From contig CBDCUI010000008.1 of assembly GCA_965222615.1 (NCBI GenBank), positions 512,001 to 576,000 of the forward strand: a stretch of DNA of 64,000 nt. The letters run 5' to 3'. This document shows positions 9,504 to 18,922 of this stretch, in pieces; within the stretch, counting starts at the first letter, position 1; each line of letters starts with the position of its first letter. Made by a program: the position numbers and the translations under genes. Source of the stretch: Gammaproteobacteria bacterium. GTDB taxonomy: Bacteria; Pseudomonadota; Gammaproteobacteria; UBA4575. The notes beneath the pieces are model-generated. The model did not search any database. It saw only the letters and a program-made list of their open reading frames with translations, and was not told the origin of the DNA.

Positions 9504-10406
9504 ATGCATAAACGAGTATTGTTTTCTCTTATAATACTTTTAATTGCGCCTGCTACTTCTGTTGCGAAGTTAGACGTCTTCGCGTGCGCTCCTGAATGGG
9601 GCGCACTTGCAAAAGAAATCGGAGGAACAGAAGTGTCGGTGTTTACTGCATCGAAAGCCTCACAAGATCTCCACCACCTTCGAGCAAAACCTAGTTTTTT
9701 AGCTAAAATGCGCCAGGCAGAACTTGTATTTTGTACCGGTGCATCACTTGAGTCCGGATGGCTGCCTGTACTTTTGCAAAAAGCCGGAAATTCTACGGTA
9801 CAACCGGGTCAAGTCGGTCTCTTGCTGGCAAGTGAATATGTGCAAAGGCTTGAGATATTGGAATCTGTAGATCGTTCAATGGGTGATGTTCATAGTGAAG
9901 GGAATCCTCATATACATTTAAATCCATATAATCTAATCCAGATCGCTGAAGAGTTAGCAAAACGCTTGACGTTACTTTTACCTGCAAAGAAAAAATTATT
10001 TTTTAGTAATTTAGAAAACTTTAAACAAAGCTGGCAACAAAATATCGAAAACTGGGAACAGCAAGCACAACCACTCAGGAATAAAAATGTTGTGGTCTAT
10101 CATCAGAATTGGATTTATTTACTAGATTGGTTGAGCTTAAATCGAATTACAACTCTAGAACCGGTGCCTGGTATACCTCCACGCGTTGCTCATTTAGAAA
10201 TCGTTCTTGCATCCGTAAAAAATCAAGACATCAAAGCCATTTTGTTAACACCATATCAACAAAACAAAGCAGCCATGTGGCTTTCTGAGCATTCGAATAT
10301 CCCTGTCGTTATCTTACCCTACACAGTAGGTGGGAGTGAAAAAGCAAAAGATTTAAAGTCGTTGTTTAATGAAACTGTGCGAATATTGCTAGAAGTAAGT
10401 TCATGA
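9504..10406 (+). CDS. Zn/Mn ABC transporter substrate-binding protein
   Basis: QDLHH, GDVHSEGNPHIHLNP, YHQNW, EPVPGIPP. Confidence 0.88.
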   Translation: MHKRVLFSLIILLIAPATSVAKLDVFACAPEWGALAKEIGGTEVSVFTASKASQDLHHLRAKPSFLAKMRQAELVFCTGASLESGWLPVLLQKAGNSTVQPGQVGLLLASEYVQRLEILESVDRSMGDVHSEGNPHIHLNPYNLIQIAEELAKRLTLLLPAKKKLFFSNLENFKQSWQQNIENWEQQAQPLRNKNVVVYHQNWIYLLDWLSLNRITTLEPVPGIPPRVAHLEIVLASVKNQDIKAILLTPYQQNKAAMWLSEHSNIPVVILPYTVGGSEKAKDLKSLFNETVRILLEVSS

Positions 10407-11173
10407 ATATATCTGCTGATTTGATTGTGTTACTACTTCCAGCCCTTGCAGCGGGATGTCTAGTAGCAACAACACACGTCCCGCTCGGAATAGAAGTATT
10501 AAAACGTGGGATTATTTTTATTGATCTAGCCATTGCACAAATTGCCGCCATGGGTGTGGTAATTGGTCATGCGGTATTTGATCAGGCGGGGCAAATTCAA
10601 TCACTCATACTAGCATTAGTATTTGCTTTATCAGGCGGCGGCTTGTTTGCATGGTTAGAAACAAAGCAATTCAGACATTTAGAGGCAATGATAGGAGCCA
10701 TTTTCGTAGTTAGTGCGTCCATAACGATTTTACTTCTCGCCAAAGATCCTCATGGAATTGAAGCGATGGAAAAATTATTAGCGGGACAGATTCTTTGGGC
10801 GAAATGGTGGCCAGATTTAATAATTACATTAATAGTGTATTTAGCAGTCTTATTTATTTGGTTTAGGCGAAATACTAAGAATGCATTATTATTTTATTTT
10901 ATATTTCCAGTAGCAATTACTTTTTCGGTTCAGATCGTAGGAATCTATCTCGTATTTGCAAGTTTGATTATGCCTGCTATTGCCACAAGTCGCATGAGTG
11001 AAAAAAATAAATTGCTTAATGCATATATGGTTGCCTTTATTAGTATCATTTTAGGGTTGGTTTTTGCAGTAATTGCCGATTTGCCTACTGGACCAATGAT
11101 GGTGTGTGTCTACTTTGCGATTTCTATGTTACTGCTTATTAGTGGCTATAGATCAAGTAAAATTGTGAGTTGA
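10403..11173 (+). CDS. Zn/Mn ABC transporter permease (ABC-3)
   Basis: THVPLGIEVLKRGIIFIDLAIAQIAAMG; multiple TM segments. Confidence 0.88.
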   Translation: MNISADLIVLLLPALAAGCLVATTHVPLGIEVLKRGIIFIDLAIAQIAAMGVVIGHAVFDQAGQIQSLILALVFALSGGGLFAWLETKQFRHLEAMIGAIFVVSASITILLLAKDPHGIEAMEKLLAGQILWAKWWPDLIITLIVYLAVLFIWFRRNTKNALLFYFIFPVAITFSVQIVGIYLVFASLIMPAIATSRMSEKNKLLNAYMVAFISIILGLVFAVIADLPTGPMMVCVYFAISMLLLISGYRSSKIVS

Positions 11174-11301
11174 ATACATTATTTGTGGCCAACATAGAAA
11201 CTTAGATTTAGCAATTTCGTCCTTAATCTTGCCACTAGCCAATACGCATATCATGTTATATTGCGATGCTTTTTTAAATTTAGGCATATTCAAAAAGTCA
11301 C

Positions 11302-12708
11302 ATGAAACCCGTCATTGCCATCGTGGGTCGCCCGAATGTTGGTAAATCTACATTATTTAATTATTTGACCAAGTCAAAAGATGCGTTGGTTGCAGATCAA
11401 GCAGGGCTCACGCGTGATCGTATCTATGGCATAACTCGTAGGTTTGAAAACCGTTATATCGTGATTGATACAGGTGGTATTGCGCCGTCAGATGACCTTA
11501 ATGATCGGGATAAAATGAATATCGCGATCAGCACGCAAGCTTGGATTGCCATAGAAGAAGCCGATATGGTGTTTTTTCTGGTTGATGGGCTAAATGGGTT
11601 AGTGCCTCAAGATCAGGAAATATTTAATAAACTTCGAAATTCATGCCAAGAAGTCTTTGTACTTGTTAATAAAGTAGATACGGGTTCATCCAATACACTT
11701 GCCAGTGATTTTTACACACTAGGTGCAGAGCATATATTTGAAATTTCGGCAAAGTCTGGCAAAGGAGTGCGTAGCCTCGTCGATGAATTGAAAAAGCAAC
11801 TTCCTTCAGAACAACAGACACAAATAGATGTAGTCGATGAAAAAATTATTAAAGTTGCTCTAGTCGGCAGACCCAATGTCGGTAAGTCTACCTTGGCAAA
11901 TGCCCTGATTGGTGAAGAAAGATTTGTAACATCGGAAATACCAGGAACTACACGTGATAGTATTTCACAGCGTATTGAAAAATTTAGCACGACGTTTGAG
12001 CTTATCGACACCGCAGGAGTACGTCGCCGTAGTAAAGTGCATGATACGGTCGAAAAATTTAGTGTGGTAAAAACACTGCAAGCTATCGATGCAGCACATG
12101 TAGTTGTGTTGTTACTAGATGGCACGCAGGAGTTTGCAGAACAAGATGCGCGTTTGGCAGGTATGGTAGTAGAAAGTGGTTGTGCAGTAGTTATTGCGAT
12201 CAATAAAATAGATGTGTGCTCGCGTGATGACTACAAAGGTATTCAAAAAGGCTTTGATCTTAAATTGCGCTTTTTAACTTATGCCGAGCGACAATTTATT
12301 TCAGCTAAACATAAAGAGGGTGTTACTAAATTAATGCGTGCAGTGGTGCGCGCCTATCATTCTGCAAATATAGAAATTACCACGGGCGAACTAAACAAGA
12401 TGTTAGAAAGCGCAGTTGAAAGTTTTCAGCCGCCTTTAGTGAGAGGCCGTAGAATCAAACTTAAATATGCTGCACAAGTGAGTAAATGCCCACCAACGAT
12501 TTCTATCCATGGAAATCAAATTGCTAGGATCCCAGGATCCTATAAACGCTATTTGGAGAATTATTTTCGTAAGGCGTTAAAATTAGTGGGAACACCAATC
12601 GTTTTATTATTTAAGCAACCAGAAAATCCATATGCAGGTAAACGCAACAAACTCACACCGCGACAACAGCGCAGTAGAAAACGACTTATGAAAAAAGTCA
12701 AAAAATAA
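11302..12708 (+). CDS. der: Ribosome biogenesis GTPase Der
   Basis: Two GRPNVGKS P-loops, DTGG/DTAG, C-terminal KH-like domain. Confidence 0.97.
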   Translation: MKPVIAIVGRPNVGKSTLFNYLTKSKDALVADQAGLTRDRIYGITRRFENRYIVIDTGGIAPSDDLNDRDKMNIAISTQAWIAIEEADMVFFLVDGLNGLVPQDQEIFNKLRNSCQEVFVLVNKVDTGSSNTLASDFYTLGAEHIFEISAKSGKGVRSLVDELKKQLPSEQQTQIDVVDEKIIKVALVGRPNVGKSTLANALIGEERFVTSEIPGTTRDSISQRIEKFSTTFELIDTAGVRRRSKVHDTVEKFSVVKTLQAIDAAHVVVLLLDGTQEFAEQDARLAGMVVESGCAVVIAINKIDVCSRDDYKGIQKGFDLKLRFLTYAERQFISAKHKEGVTKLMRAVVRAYHSANIEITTGELNKMLESAVESFQPPLVRGRRIKLKYAAQVSKCPPTISIHGNQIARIPGSYKRYLENYFRKALKLVGTPIVLLFKQPENPYAGKRNKLTPRQQRSRKRLMKKVKK

Positions 12709-12732
12709 ATGTGCTAATGTGACCAGAATAGA

Positions 12733-13554
12733 ATGAATATACAAGCATCAGTAATTGTTAGCACCTATAATCAACCACGTGAACTTGAACTGGTGTTGTG
12801 TGGGTTAACTATGCAAACGCATAATCCCTTAGAGATTATTATTGCCGATGATGGTTCTACGCAAGCAACTAAAGATCTAGTTAATCAGTGGGTGAAGAAA
12901 AGCCACATTCCGATTCAACATGTTTGGCATGAAGATGTTGGTCATCGGAAATCAACAATCAATAATATGGCGGCAAGCAAATCGACTGGTAATTATTTGA
13001 TTTTTCTGGATGGGGATTCGATTCCGCATCGGCTGTGGGTGAAAGATCATCTAAATGCAGCACAACAAGACACTGTGGTATGTGGCAGGCGTGTACGTTT
13101 GGGCCCCAAAATCAGTCGTGAAATCGATTTAACCTTCATTCAATCAAGAAAGCTTGAGAAACTTACCGGACCAATGCTTGTCAGTGCACTTCGCAGAGAC
13201 ACCAAACGCTATATGTTAGGAATACGTTTACCAAAAGGTGTGGCACGAATTTTTCACCCACAAGAGCGGCGTCTCATGGGCGTTAATTTTAGTTTATATA
13301 AAAACTTGTTTGAATGTGTTGGCGGTTATAAAGAATATGATGATGCAAGTTATACAACGACAGAAAATCTACGCGAAGATGCGTTATTAGAAATCCAACT
13401 TTTAAATGCAGGGGTTCGTCGGTATCCACTTATTAATCAAGCCATTGTTTATCATCTTTTTCACCCCGAAAGACCACCGAATAAGAAAATCGATGCAAAA
13501 ATACAATCGCTATATAAATCTGCCTTAGAAAAAAGAAGACTCAGTTCAAGCTAG
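12733..13554 (+). CDS. Glycosyltransferase family 2
   Basis: SVIVSTYN, IADDGS, FLDGD, ED motif. Confidence 0.88.
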   Translation: MNIQASVIVSTYNQPRELELVLCGLTMQTHNPLEIIIADDGSTQATKDLVNQWVKKSHIPIQHVWHEDVGHRKSTINNMAASKSTGNYLIFLDGDSIPHRLWVKDHLNAAQQDTVVCGRRVRLGPKISREIDLTFIQSRKLEKLTGPMLVSALRRDTKRYMLGIRLPKGVARIFHPQERRLMGVNFSLYKNLFECVGGYKEYDDASYTTTENLREDALLEIQLLNAGVRRYPLINQAIVYHLFHPERPPNKKIDAKIQSLYKSALEKRRLSSS

Positions 13555-13557
13555 ATT

Positions 13558-14049
13558 ATGAAAATACTTCATACGATTTTTACTGTATTGATTATTACTG
13601 CGATCGTGCAAACTATTTATTATTATCCACTACTGCCCAATACCGTTGCATCTCATTTTGATGGTCTGGACGACCCCAATGGTTGGTCATCAAAACTGGT
13701 GTTTTTTTTAATATACGCAGGGGTGTTATTGCTCACTACATTTATTTTTATTGCTATTCCGGCAAGGCTAGCTAAGAGAGTTGGCAAGGGCCTAAAGATT
13801 CCCAATAAAAGTTATTGGTTAGCGCCCGAGCGCATACATGACACTATTCAATTTTATCGAAACCATTTTTTATATTTTGGAATTGCAAATGCCCTGCTGG
13901 CGGTTTCTGTAATTCAATTGGTTATCATGGCGAATTTTAAAGAGCAGCCTAGACTAGATAACATCATCATATGGTTGCTGATAATATATTTTATTTTTAT
14001 AATATGTTGGTTAATTCTTTTTTATGCTAAATTCAGACGTCCAAACTAG
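13558..14049 (+). CDS. DUF1648-like membrane protein
   Basis: LPNTVASHF...PNGW motif, 4 TM segments. Confidence 0.65.
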   Translation: MKILHTIFTVLIITAIVQTIYYYPLLPNTVASHFDGLDDPNGWSSKLVFFLIYAGVLLLTTFIFIAIPARLAKRVGKGLKIPNKSYWLAPERIHDTIQFYRNHFLYFGIANALLAVSVIQLVIMANFKEQPRLDNIIIWLLIIYFIFIICWLILFYAKFRRPN

Positions 14050-14074
14050 CGGGTATTTGTCGATTATTACCAAC

Positions 14075-16141
14075 TCAAACTAATTTAAGTTGCAGTTGGT
14101 TTAAATTGCTTTTTAGTATATTCAGTTTTTCTTTTGTGCAGGCTTCGCTAGGGTTATACAGTAAACTATTCAGCATGTTCATGATTGGACGATAATCATT
14201 ATCGTTTAGTTTGTGTTCAACACCCAATTTCTCTATGAATTGTGCTGGTGATTCTTCAGGCCTGCGAATTGATCCTAGCTTGTGGAGTTTGTGCGTAAAA
14301 TTTTGAAAAATGGCTATCACTGGATGTTTATTGCGTCGACCTTGTTGCATCAATAGTGAAACTGCTACAAACATAACACTTAAAATCGCACCAGCTAGAA
14401 GAACTAGTGCAATTTTCATAATAGTTATTTTGCCAAGTAGTTTTTGTAAAAAGTCTGTTTGAATGTTAGCGTCATAGCCAATTACAAATAAATTCCAGCG
14501 GTGTTCAAGAGATTCGAACAGAAACATTAACTTGCGTAAACTTGGTATGCCTTTCAAGCGCATGGTAGTAAACGAAGACAGAGAGGCTAGGTCGGTTTCA
14601 GGCAATGCCGCATTTAAACCATCCATAATGCGTGAAGGTGCGACGGCTGCAGTGGGATCTATTCGTTGCCAGCCCTTATTAGGTAACCAAATTTCTGCCC
14701 AGGCATGTGCCATATATTGGCGCACGACTATGTGTTTTGTAAGTGGGTTGATTTCTCCGCCTTGATAACCTCCTACCATGCGAGCAGGAACACCTGCAGC
14801 ACGCATCATGTATACAAAAGCACCTGCATAGTGTGAACAAAATCCTGCGCGGGTATCGAACCAAAATTCATCTATACTATTTTTGCGCGATAGGGTTGGT
14901 GGTTCAAGTGTGTAGTGATAAGGCTTGTTTTTGATATGAGCCAAGATTTTTTCTACAAACTCTTCCGTACTTTTTGATTCACTATAAAGTCTACGTGCGT
15001 AGTCAATAATGCGTGGATTGTCGTTGTGATCAACATGTGTGGTTTGCAATTTAAGAAATTCTGGCAGCCAAGTGTTTAAAGTGGCATTCGGATAAGTATT
15101 TACTTCATAACGCAATAAAGACTGCACTGGTGAGCGATTCACTAATCGATAGTCCCACATAATTCCGGTAGATTTAGTTTGTGGTAATGCTAAGTCGAGA
15201 CCAAACAGCCAGCGATCATAAGTGGGTTCTAATAAAATAGAATAAGAAACTTTATTTTGTCCTCTTATATTTGGAACAAACCAGCTTACTTTTCTATTTT
15301 TTGCCCAATCTACTTTGGGAATATTTAGGAATTTTCTTGGGATACTGGCTTCAGACCAGGTACCATTTTCAAAATCCGAATAGACTCTGCCTCGCCAATA
15401 CATTTCATTGTTGTTAGGAGGAGAGTTTTCAAAAATTGCTCGAAATACAATTGCGTCGGAGCGCGTAAGATTGGCGATATCTCCAGGAGTCATTTCTGAA
15501 CTCAATCCAGTGCGTGCGGTTTGATTTGGATTGGCAATAGCCCACAGTGGACCAATTCTTGGAAATAAAATAAATAGAACAAACATCAATGGCATGGCCT
15601 GTGCCAATATTTTGGTAGAAATTTTTATAGAGACAAAAGGTGCCACTCGTGTGTGGAATTGATTCATGCCAACCATGGCTGCAGTGACCAAGACTAATGC
15701 AGCGAGCTCATAAATAACGATGCCGATACTGTGATTAAAGATAAATTCTACGGCAATGATGAAATAAGCGATAAATATCACCACATAGGCATCGCGCCGT
15801 GTTTTCATTTCTAATAGTTTCAGCGCAAAGGCGATTACTAATAATGCCGCCCAAGTCTCTAAGTTTTTAGTTATGCCTTCAAATACCAGGATGCCTACCG
15901 CACTTGTAGCTACTAATGCCGTTTTAAACCAAAAAGATGGAAAGTTTGCACGTCCTAAAAAAATCATCCAACGCCAAACTACACAAAATAGCCCTACACA
16001 GATGATCCATAATGAAATTTGTGCAGTGTGCGGGATTACCGTCATCGCAAATGCAGTCATTAACATGATTAAACTGTTGCGTGGTATTTGCGAGACGGTG
16101 CCGTGGTCCCACACTTTAAAGTGTTTAGTGCGGATGCCCAT
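14075..16141 (-). CDS. Membrane transglutaminase-like protein (TgpA type, DUF3488 plus TGase)
   Basis: GFCSHYA, RMVGGYQGG, HAWAE, DPT; N-terminal TM bundle. Confidence 0.9.
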   Translation of the reverse strand: MGIRTKHFKVWDHGTVSQIPRNSLIMLMTAFAMTVIPHTAQISLWIICVGLFCVVWRWMIFLGRANFPSFWFKTALVATSAVGILVFEGITKNLETWAALLVIAFALKLLEMKTRRDAYVVIFIAYFIIAVEFIFNHSIGIVIYELAALVLVTAAMVGMNQFHTRVAPFVSIKISTKILAQAMPLMFVLFILFPRIGPLWAIANPNQTARTGLSSEMTPGDIANLTRSDAIVFRAIFENSPPNNNEMYWRGRVYSDFENGTWSEASIPRKFLNIPKVDWAKNRKVSWFVPNIRGQNKVSYSILLEPTYDRWLFGLDLALPQTKSTGIMWDYRLVNRSPVQSLLRYEVNTYPNATLNTWLPEFLKLQTTHVDHNDNPRIIDYARRLYSESKSTEEFVEKILAHIKNKPYHYTLEPPTLSRKNSIDEFWFDTRAGFCSHYAGAFVYMMRAAGVPARMVGGYQGGEINPLTKHIVVRQYMAHAWAEIWLPNKGWQRIDPTAAVAPSRIMDGLNAALPETDLASLSSFTTMRLKGIPSLRKLMFLFESLEHRWNLFVIGYDANIQTDFLQKLLGKITIMKIALVLLAGAILSVMFVAVSLLMQQGRRNKHPVIAIFQNFTHKLHKLGSIRRPEESPAQFIEKLGVEHKLNDNDYRPIMNMLNSLLYNPSEACTKEKLNILKSNLNQLQLKLV

Positions 16142-17114
16142 ATAACGCCAATTCTTTTAGTACACAATCTAAATGCGCTTTGCCTATATTGGGTTCAATC
16201 ACTAATTGTGGAAGTTTTAAGCCAAACTCTTTTTCATTGCGATATGCACTAAGTGCCATCCCTGTTAACTTACTTAAACGCAATTCCGGTTCGCCTTCGA
16301 TTTGATACCAATCCAGCAGCAAACGTGTATCCGCATAAGTAGCGAATTGCTTTACTAATAATTCGTCTTGCCGAGCGTAAGACCGCCATAGAATATGGCG
16401 GGGGGAATCTCCAGGTTGATAACTACGCATATCGTAAAAATCATCACTGCCGCTACGATGAGTTAAATGGCCTTCATCATCCGTGCCATAATTTATTAAT
16501 GGGTGATTATGAAACAAGGGCTTGGGATAAATAATGGCTTTGGCATCTAGATCCACCCAGGTCCATGCGCGTAATAAACCAAGTGGAAAATAGGTTTCTA
16601 CTAACAACCTATTTGGATTTAACCAGCCACGTCGTTTGGCTTTGACAAAAAGATGTATGATGGCGGATTCTGCATCATACAATTCAGCCCATTGTTTCAC
16701 TGCGTTTGGCCAGCCAAGCTGAATGCCTTCACGTTTAAAATTTTCAGGGCGTGTAACTTTGATAACGAATTCGATATCTTCTCCTGCAAAACCTGAGCCA
16801 CATTTTAGTAGTTCAATCGTTACACCAGATAGGTTTCTATAGGTGTAGAAAATAGTGATAAAGAAAACACTGCTTAACCAAAATACTAAACCAAAAATAA
16901 GCGAGTTTTCATAATTAATTGCACCAACAAGCAGAGTTAGTAATAAAGCACAAAAAACAAAACCTGTACGGGTAGGAAAAATAAAAATCGATCGCTGGTT
17001 AAGCGTGATAGTCTGTTGTGGTGGGATACGCCGTTGTAACCAGCGTTTAAATTGTTTTTTAAACGGTCTTTTAGGTTTAGAAAAGATATTTTTTGAAATA
17101 CTAAGCGAGGACAT
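16125..17114 (-). CDS. DUF58 domain protein
   Basis: IFIFPTRTG, FPLGLLRAW, RSYQPGD...ILWR; start placed at ATG 17114, overlapping the MoxR stop region. Confidence 0.85.
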   Translation of the reverse strand: MSSLSISKNIFSKPKRPFKKQFKRWLQRRIPPQQTITLNQRSIFIFPTRTGFVFCALLLTLLVGAINYENSLIFGLVFWLSSVFFITIFYTYRNLSGVTIELLKCGSGFAGEDIEFVIKVTRPENFKREGIQLGWPNAVKQWAELYDAESAIIHLFVKAKRRGWLNPNRLLVETYFPLGLLRAWTWVDLDAKAIIYPKPLFHNHPLINYGTDDEGHLTHRSGSDDFYDMRSYQPGDSPRHILWRSYARQDELLVKQFATYADTRLLLDWYQIEGEPELRLSKLTGMALSAYRNEKEFGLKLPQLVIEPNIGKAHLDCVLKELALYGHPH

Positions 17115-18069
17115 CGACACCGCTGAGAAGCTTTTGTGCAAGTGAGGTACCACCGTGTCCAGTAAAATCAGCGTTGCCTCGTAGTCGATGTTCAACCGCA
17201 CTGGGTAATACTTGTTGTACATCTTCAGGCACGACATGGTCACGTCGATGGACCAATGCCCAAGCCTTAGCTGCACGTAATAACGACAAGGCGCCACGTG
17301 GTGATAGACCAAAAGCGAATTCTTTTTCTTTACGCGAAAAATCAACTAAGCGCTGAACATAGTTTAAAAGTGCTTCTGCAACTTTTACGTGTTCAACTTC
17401 TTCCTGAATGGCCAATAATTTTTCTGCACTGATTACTGGTTGAAGCTTATCTAATTTACTACGGCGATCACCTTCAATTAAAAGTTCACGCTCTGCATTC
17501 TTATCAGGGTAACCGAGTTCGATACGCATTAAAAAGCGGTCCATCTGCGATTCAGGCAATGGGTAAGTGCCTGTCTGCGTTGCTGGATTTTGTGTAGCAA
17601 TTACATAAAACGGTTGCGGTAACTGATAAGTTTCTCCATCCACGGTAACAGTTTGCTCTTCCATTACCTCTAAAAGTGCACTTTGGCTTTTAGGCGTGGC
17701 TCGATTGATTTCGTCGGCGAGTAATACTTGAGTAAATATAGGTCCCGGCATGAAGCGAAAAGAAGAAGTATCTTTTTCAAAAATCGATACGCCAATAACA
17801 TCACTTGGTAATAGATCGCTAGTGAATTGAATGCGATTAAAATCCAATCCCAAAACTTGTGATAGGGTATGTGCAAGCAAGGTCTTGCCCATACCTGGCA
17901 AATCTTCAATAAGCAAATGGCCTCGAGCAAACAAACAAGCCAAGGCCAGTCTAATTTGCGTTTCTTTGCCCAATAAAATTTGGTTCACTGCATGGATGAC
18001 TGCATCTATAGTCTCTGCTTGCATGTTATCCACCGAAGCGAGCTTAGGTACAGTCGATTCGTTAGCCAT
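17101..18069 (-). CDS. MoxR family AAA+ ATPase
   Basis: EDLPGMGKT, RIQFTSDLLPSD, DEINRA, ATQNP. Confidence 0.94.
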   Translation of the reverse strand: MANESTVPKLASVDNMQAETIDAVIHAVNQILLGKETQIRLALACLFARGHLLIEDLPGMGKTLLAHTLSQVLGLDFNRIQFTSDLLPSDVIGVSIFEKDTSSFRFMPGPIFTQVLLADEINRATPKSQSALLEVMEEQTVTVDGETYQLPQPFYVIATQNPATQTGTYPLPESQMDRFLMRIELGYPDKNAERELLIEGDRRSKLDKLQPVISAEKLLAIQEEVEHVKVAEALLNYVQRLVDFSRKEKEFAFGLSPRGALSLLRAAKAWALVHRRDHVVPEDVQQVLPSAVEHRLRGNADFTGHGGTSLAQKLLSGVDVLA

Positions 18070-18311
18070 AAGAAGATTGCATATAAATTGAACTTTATTT
18101 GCCTAACCATAGCGTTTATCTAGCAATTGGGTCTATGTCACTGGTCAGGTATTTGCATCGAATGTGACCATTTTTATCTAGTCATGGCCTGAATTTGAAC
18201 GCAAATGGTTTAGCCTTGTTAACACGCAAAGAATTCAAAGACTTATCTATTTTACATGAGGATAGGGCTGAACCTTCGGAAATATTGAAATATTCATGAG
18301 AGTAAAAAGGG

Positions 18312-18369
18312 AAGCACTTTTAAGTGCTTGTGTTGGTGCGGTTTGCGGTTAGTACTAAATATTTAGTAC
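18312..18369. promoter_or_regulatory. Two palindromes upstream of the aor operon (putative operators)
   Basis: AAGCACTT-TT-AAGTGCTT at 18312-18329 and perfect 18-mer GTACTAAATATTTAGTAC at 18352-18369. Confidence 0.45.
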
Positions 18370-18442
18370 CAGGTTTCTGCACAGTTAGCTTAGAAAGTTG
18401 GTAAAATAGTTCCTAATAACAATAAGCATAAAAGAGGTTGCT

Positions 18443-18910
18443 ATGTTTCGCGCTCTCAAAATTGAGCCAGAAAAATGTACTGGTTGTCTTCAGTGTGAGT
18501 TGGCCTGTTCACTTGAAAATGAAGGCATCATGAATCCCTCCAAATCACGTATCAAAGTTTTTACTTTCCATCACGAAGGTCGTTTTTCACCTTACACCTG
18601 TACGCAATGTGAAGAAGCATGGTGTATGCACGCCTGTCCTGTTGAAGCCATTGTGGTAAATGCAGAAACCGGTGCAAAAGAAGTTTTTGAAGATGTGTGC
18701 GTAGGCTGTAAGGTTTGTACGATCTCATGTCCTTTTGGCACGGTGAACTACAATCACGATAGTGGCAAAGTAATTAAATGTGATTTGTGTGGTGGAGATC
18801 CGGAATGCGCAAAGGCTTGTCCTACGGAGTGCATCACTTATGTAGATATTGATATGACCGGATACGATCGCATGCATGCATGGGCTGCAAAAGATGCAGG
18901 CGTAGCTTAG
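18443..18910 (+). CDS. 4Fe-4S dicluster electron transfer subunit (AorA-like)
   Basis: Four Cys clusters: CTGCLQCELAC, CTQCEEAWCMHACP, CVGCKVCTISCP, CDLC...CAKACP. Confidence 0.9.
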   Translation: MFRALKIEPEKCTGCLQCELACSLENEGIMNPSKSRIKVFTFHHEGRFSPYTCTQCEEAWCMHACPVEAIVVNAETGAKEVFEDVCVGCKVCTISCPFGTVNYNHDSGKVIKCDLCGGDPECAKACPTECITYVDIDMTGYDRMHAWAAKDAGVA

Positions 18911-18922
18911 AAGGAGAGAAAC

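Noticed and set aside
17115-17345. N-terminal 77 aa of the 406 aa DUF58 ORF
   Set aside because: Overlaps the moxR coding sequence in another frame; ATG 17114 is the more plausible start
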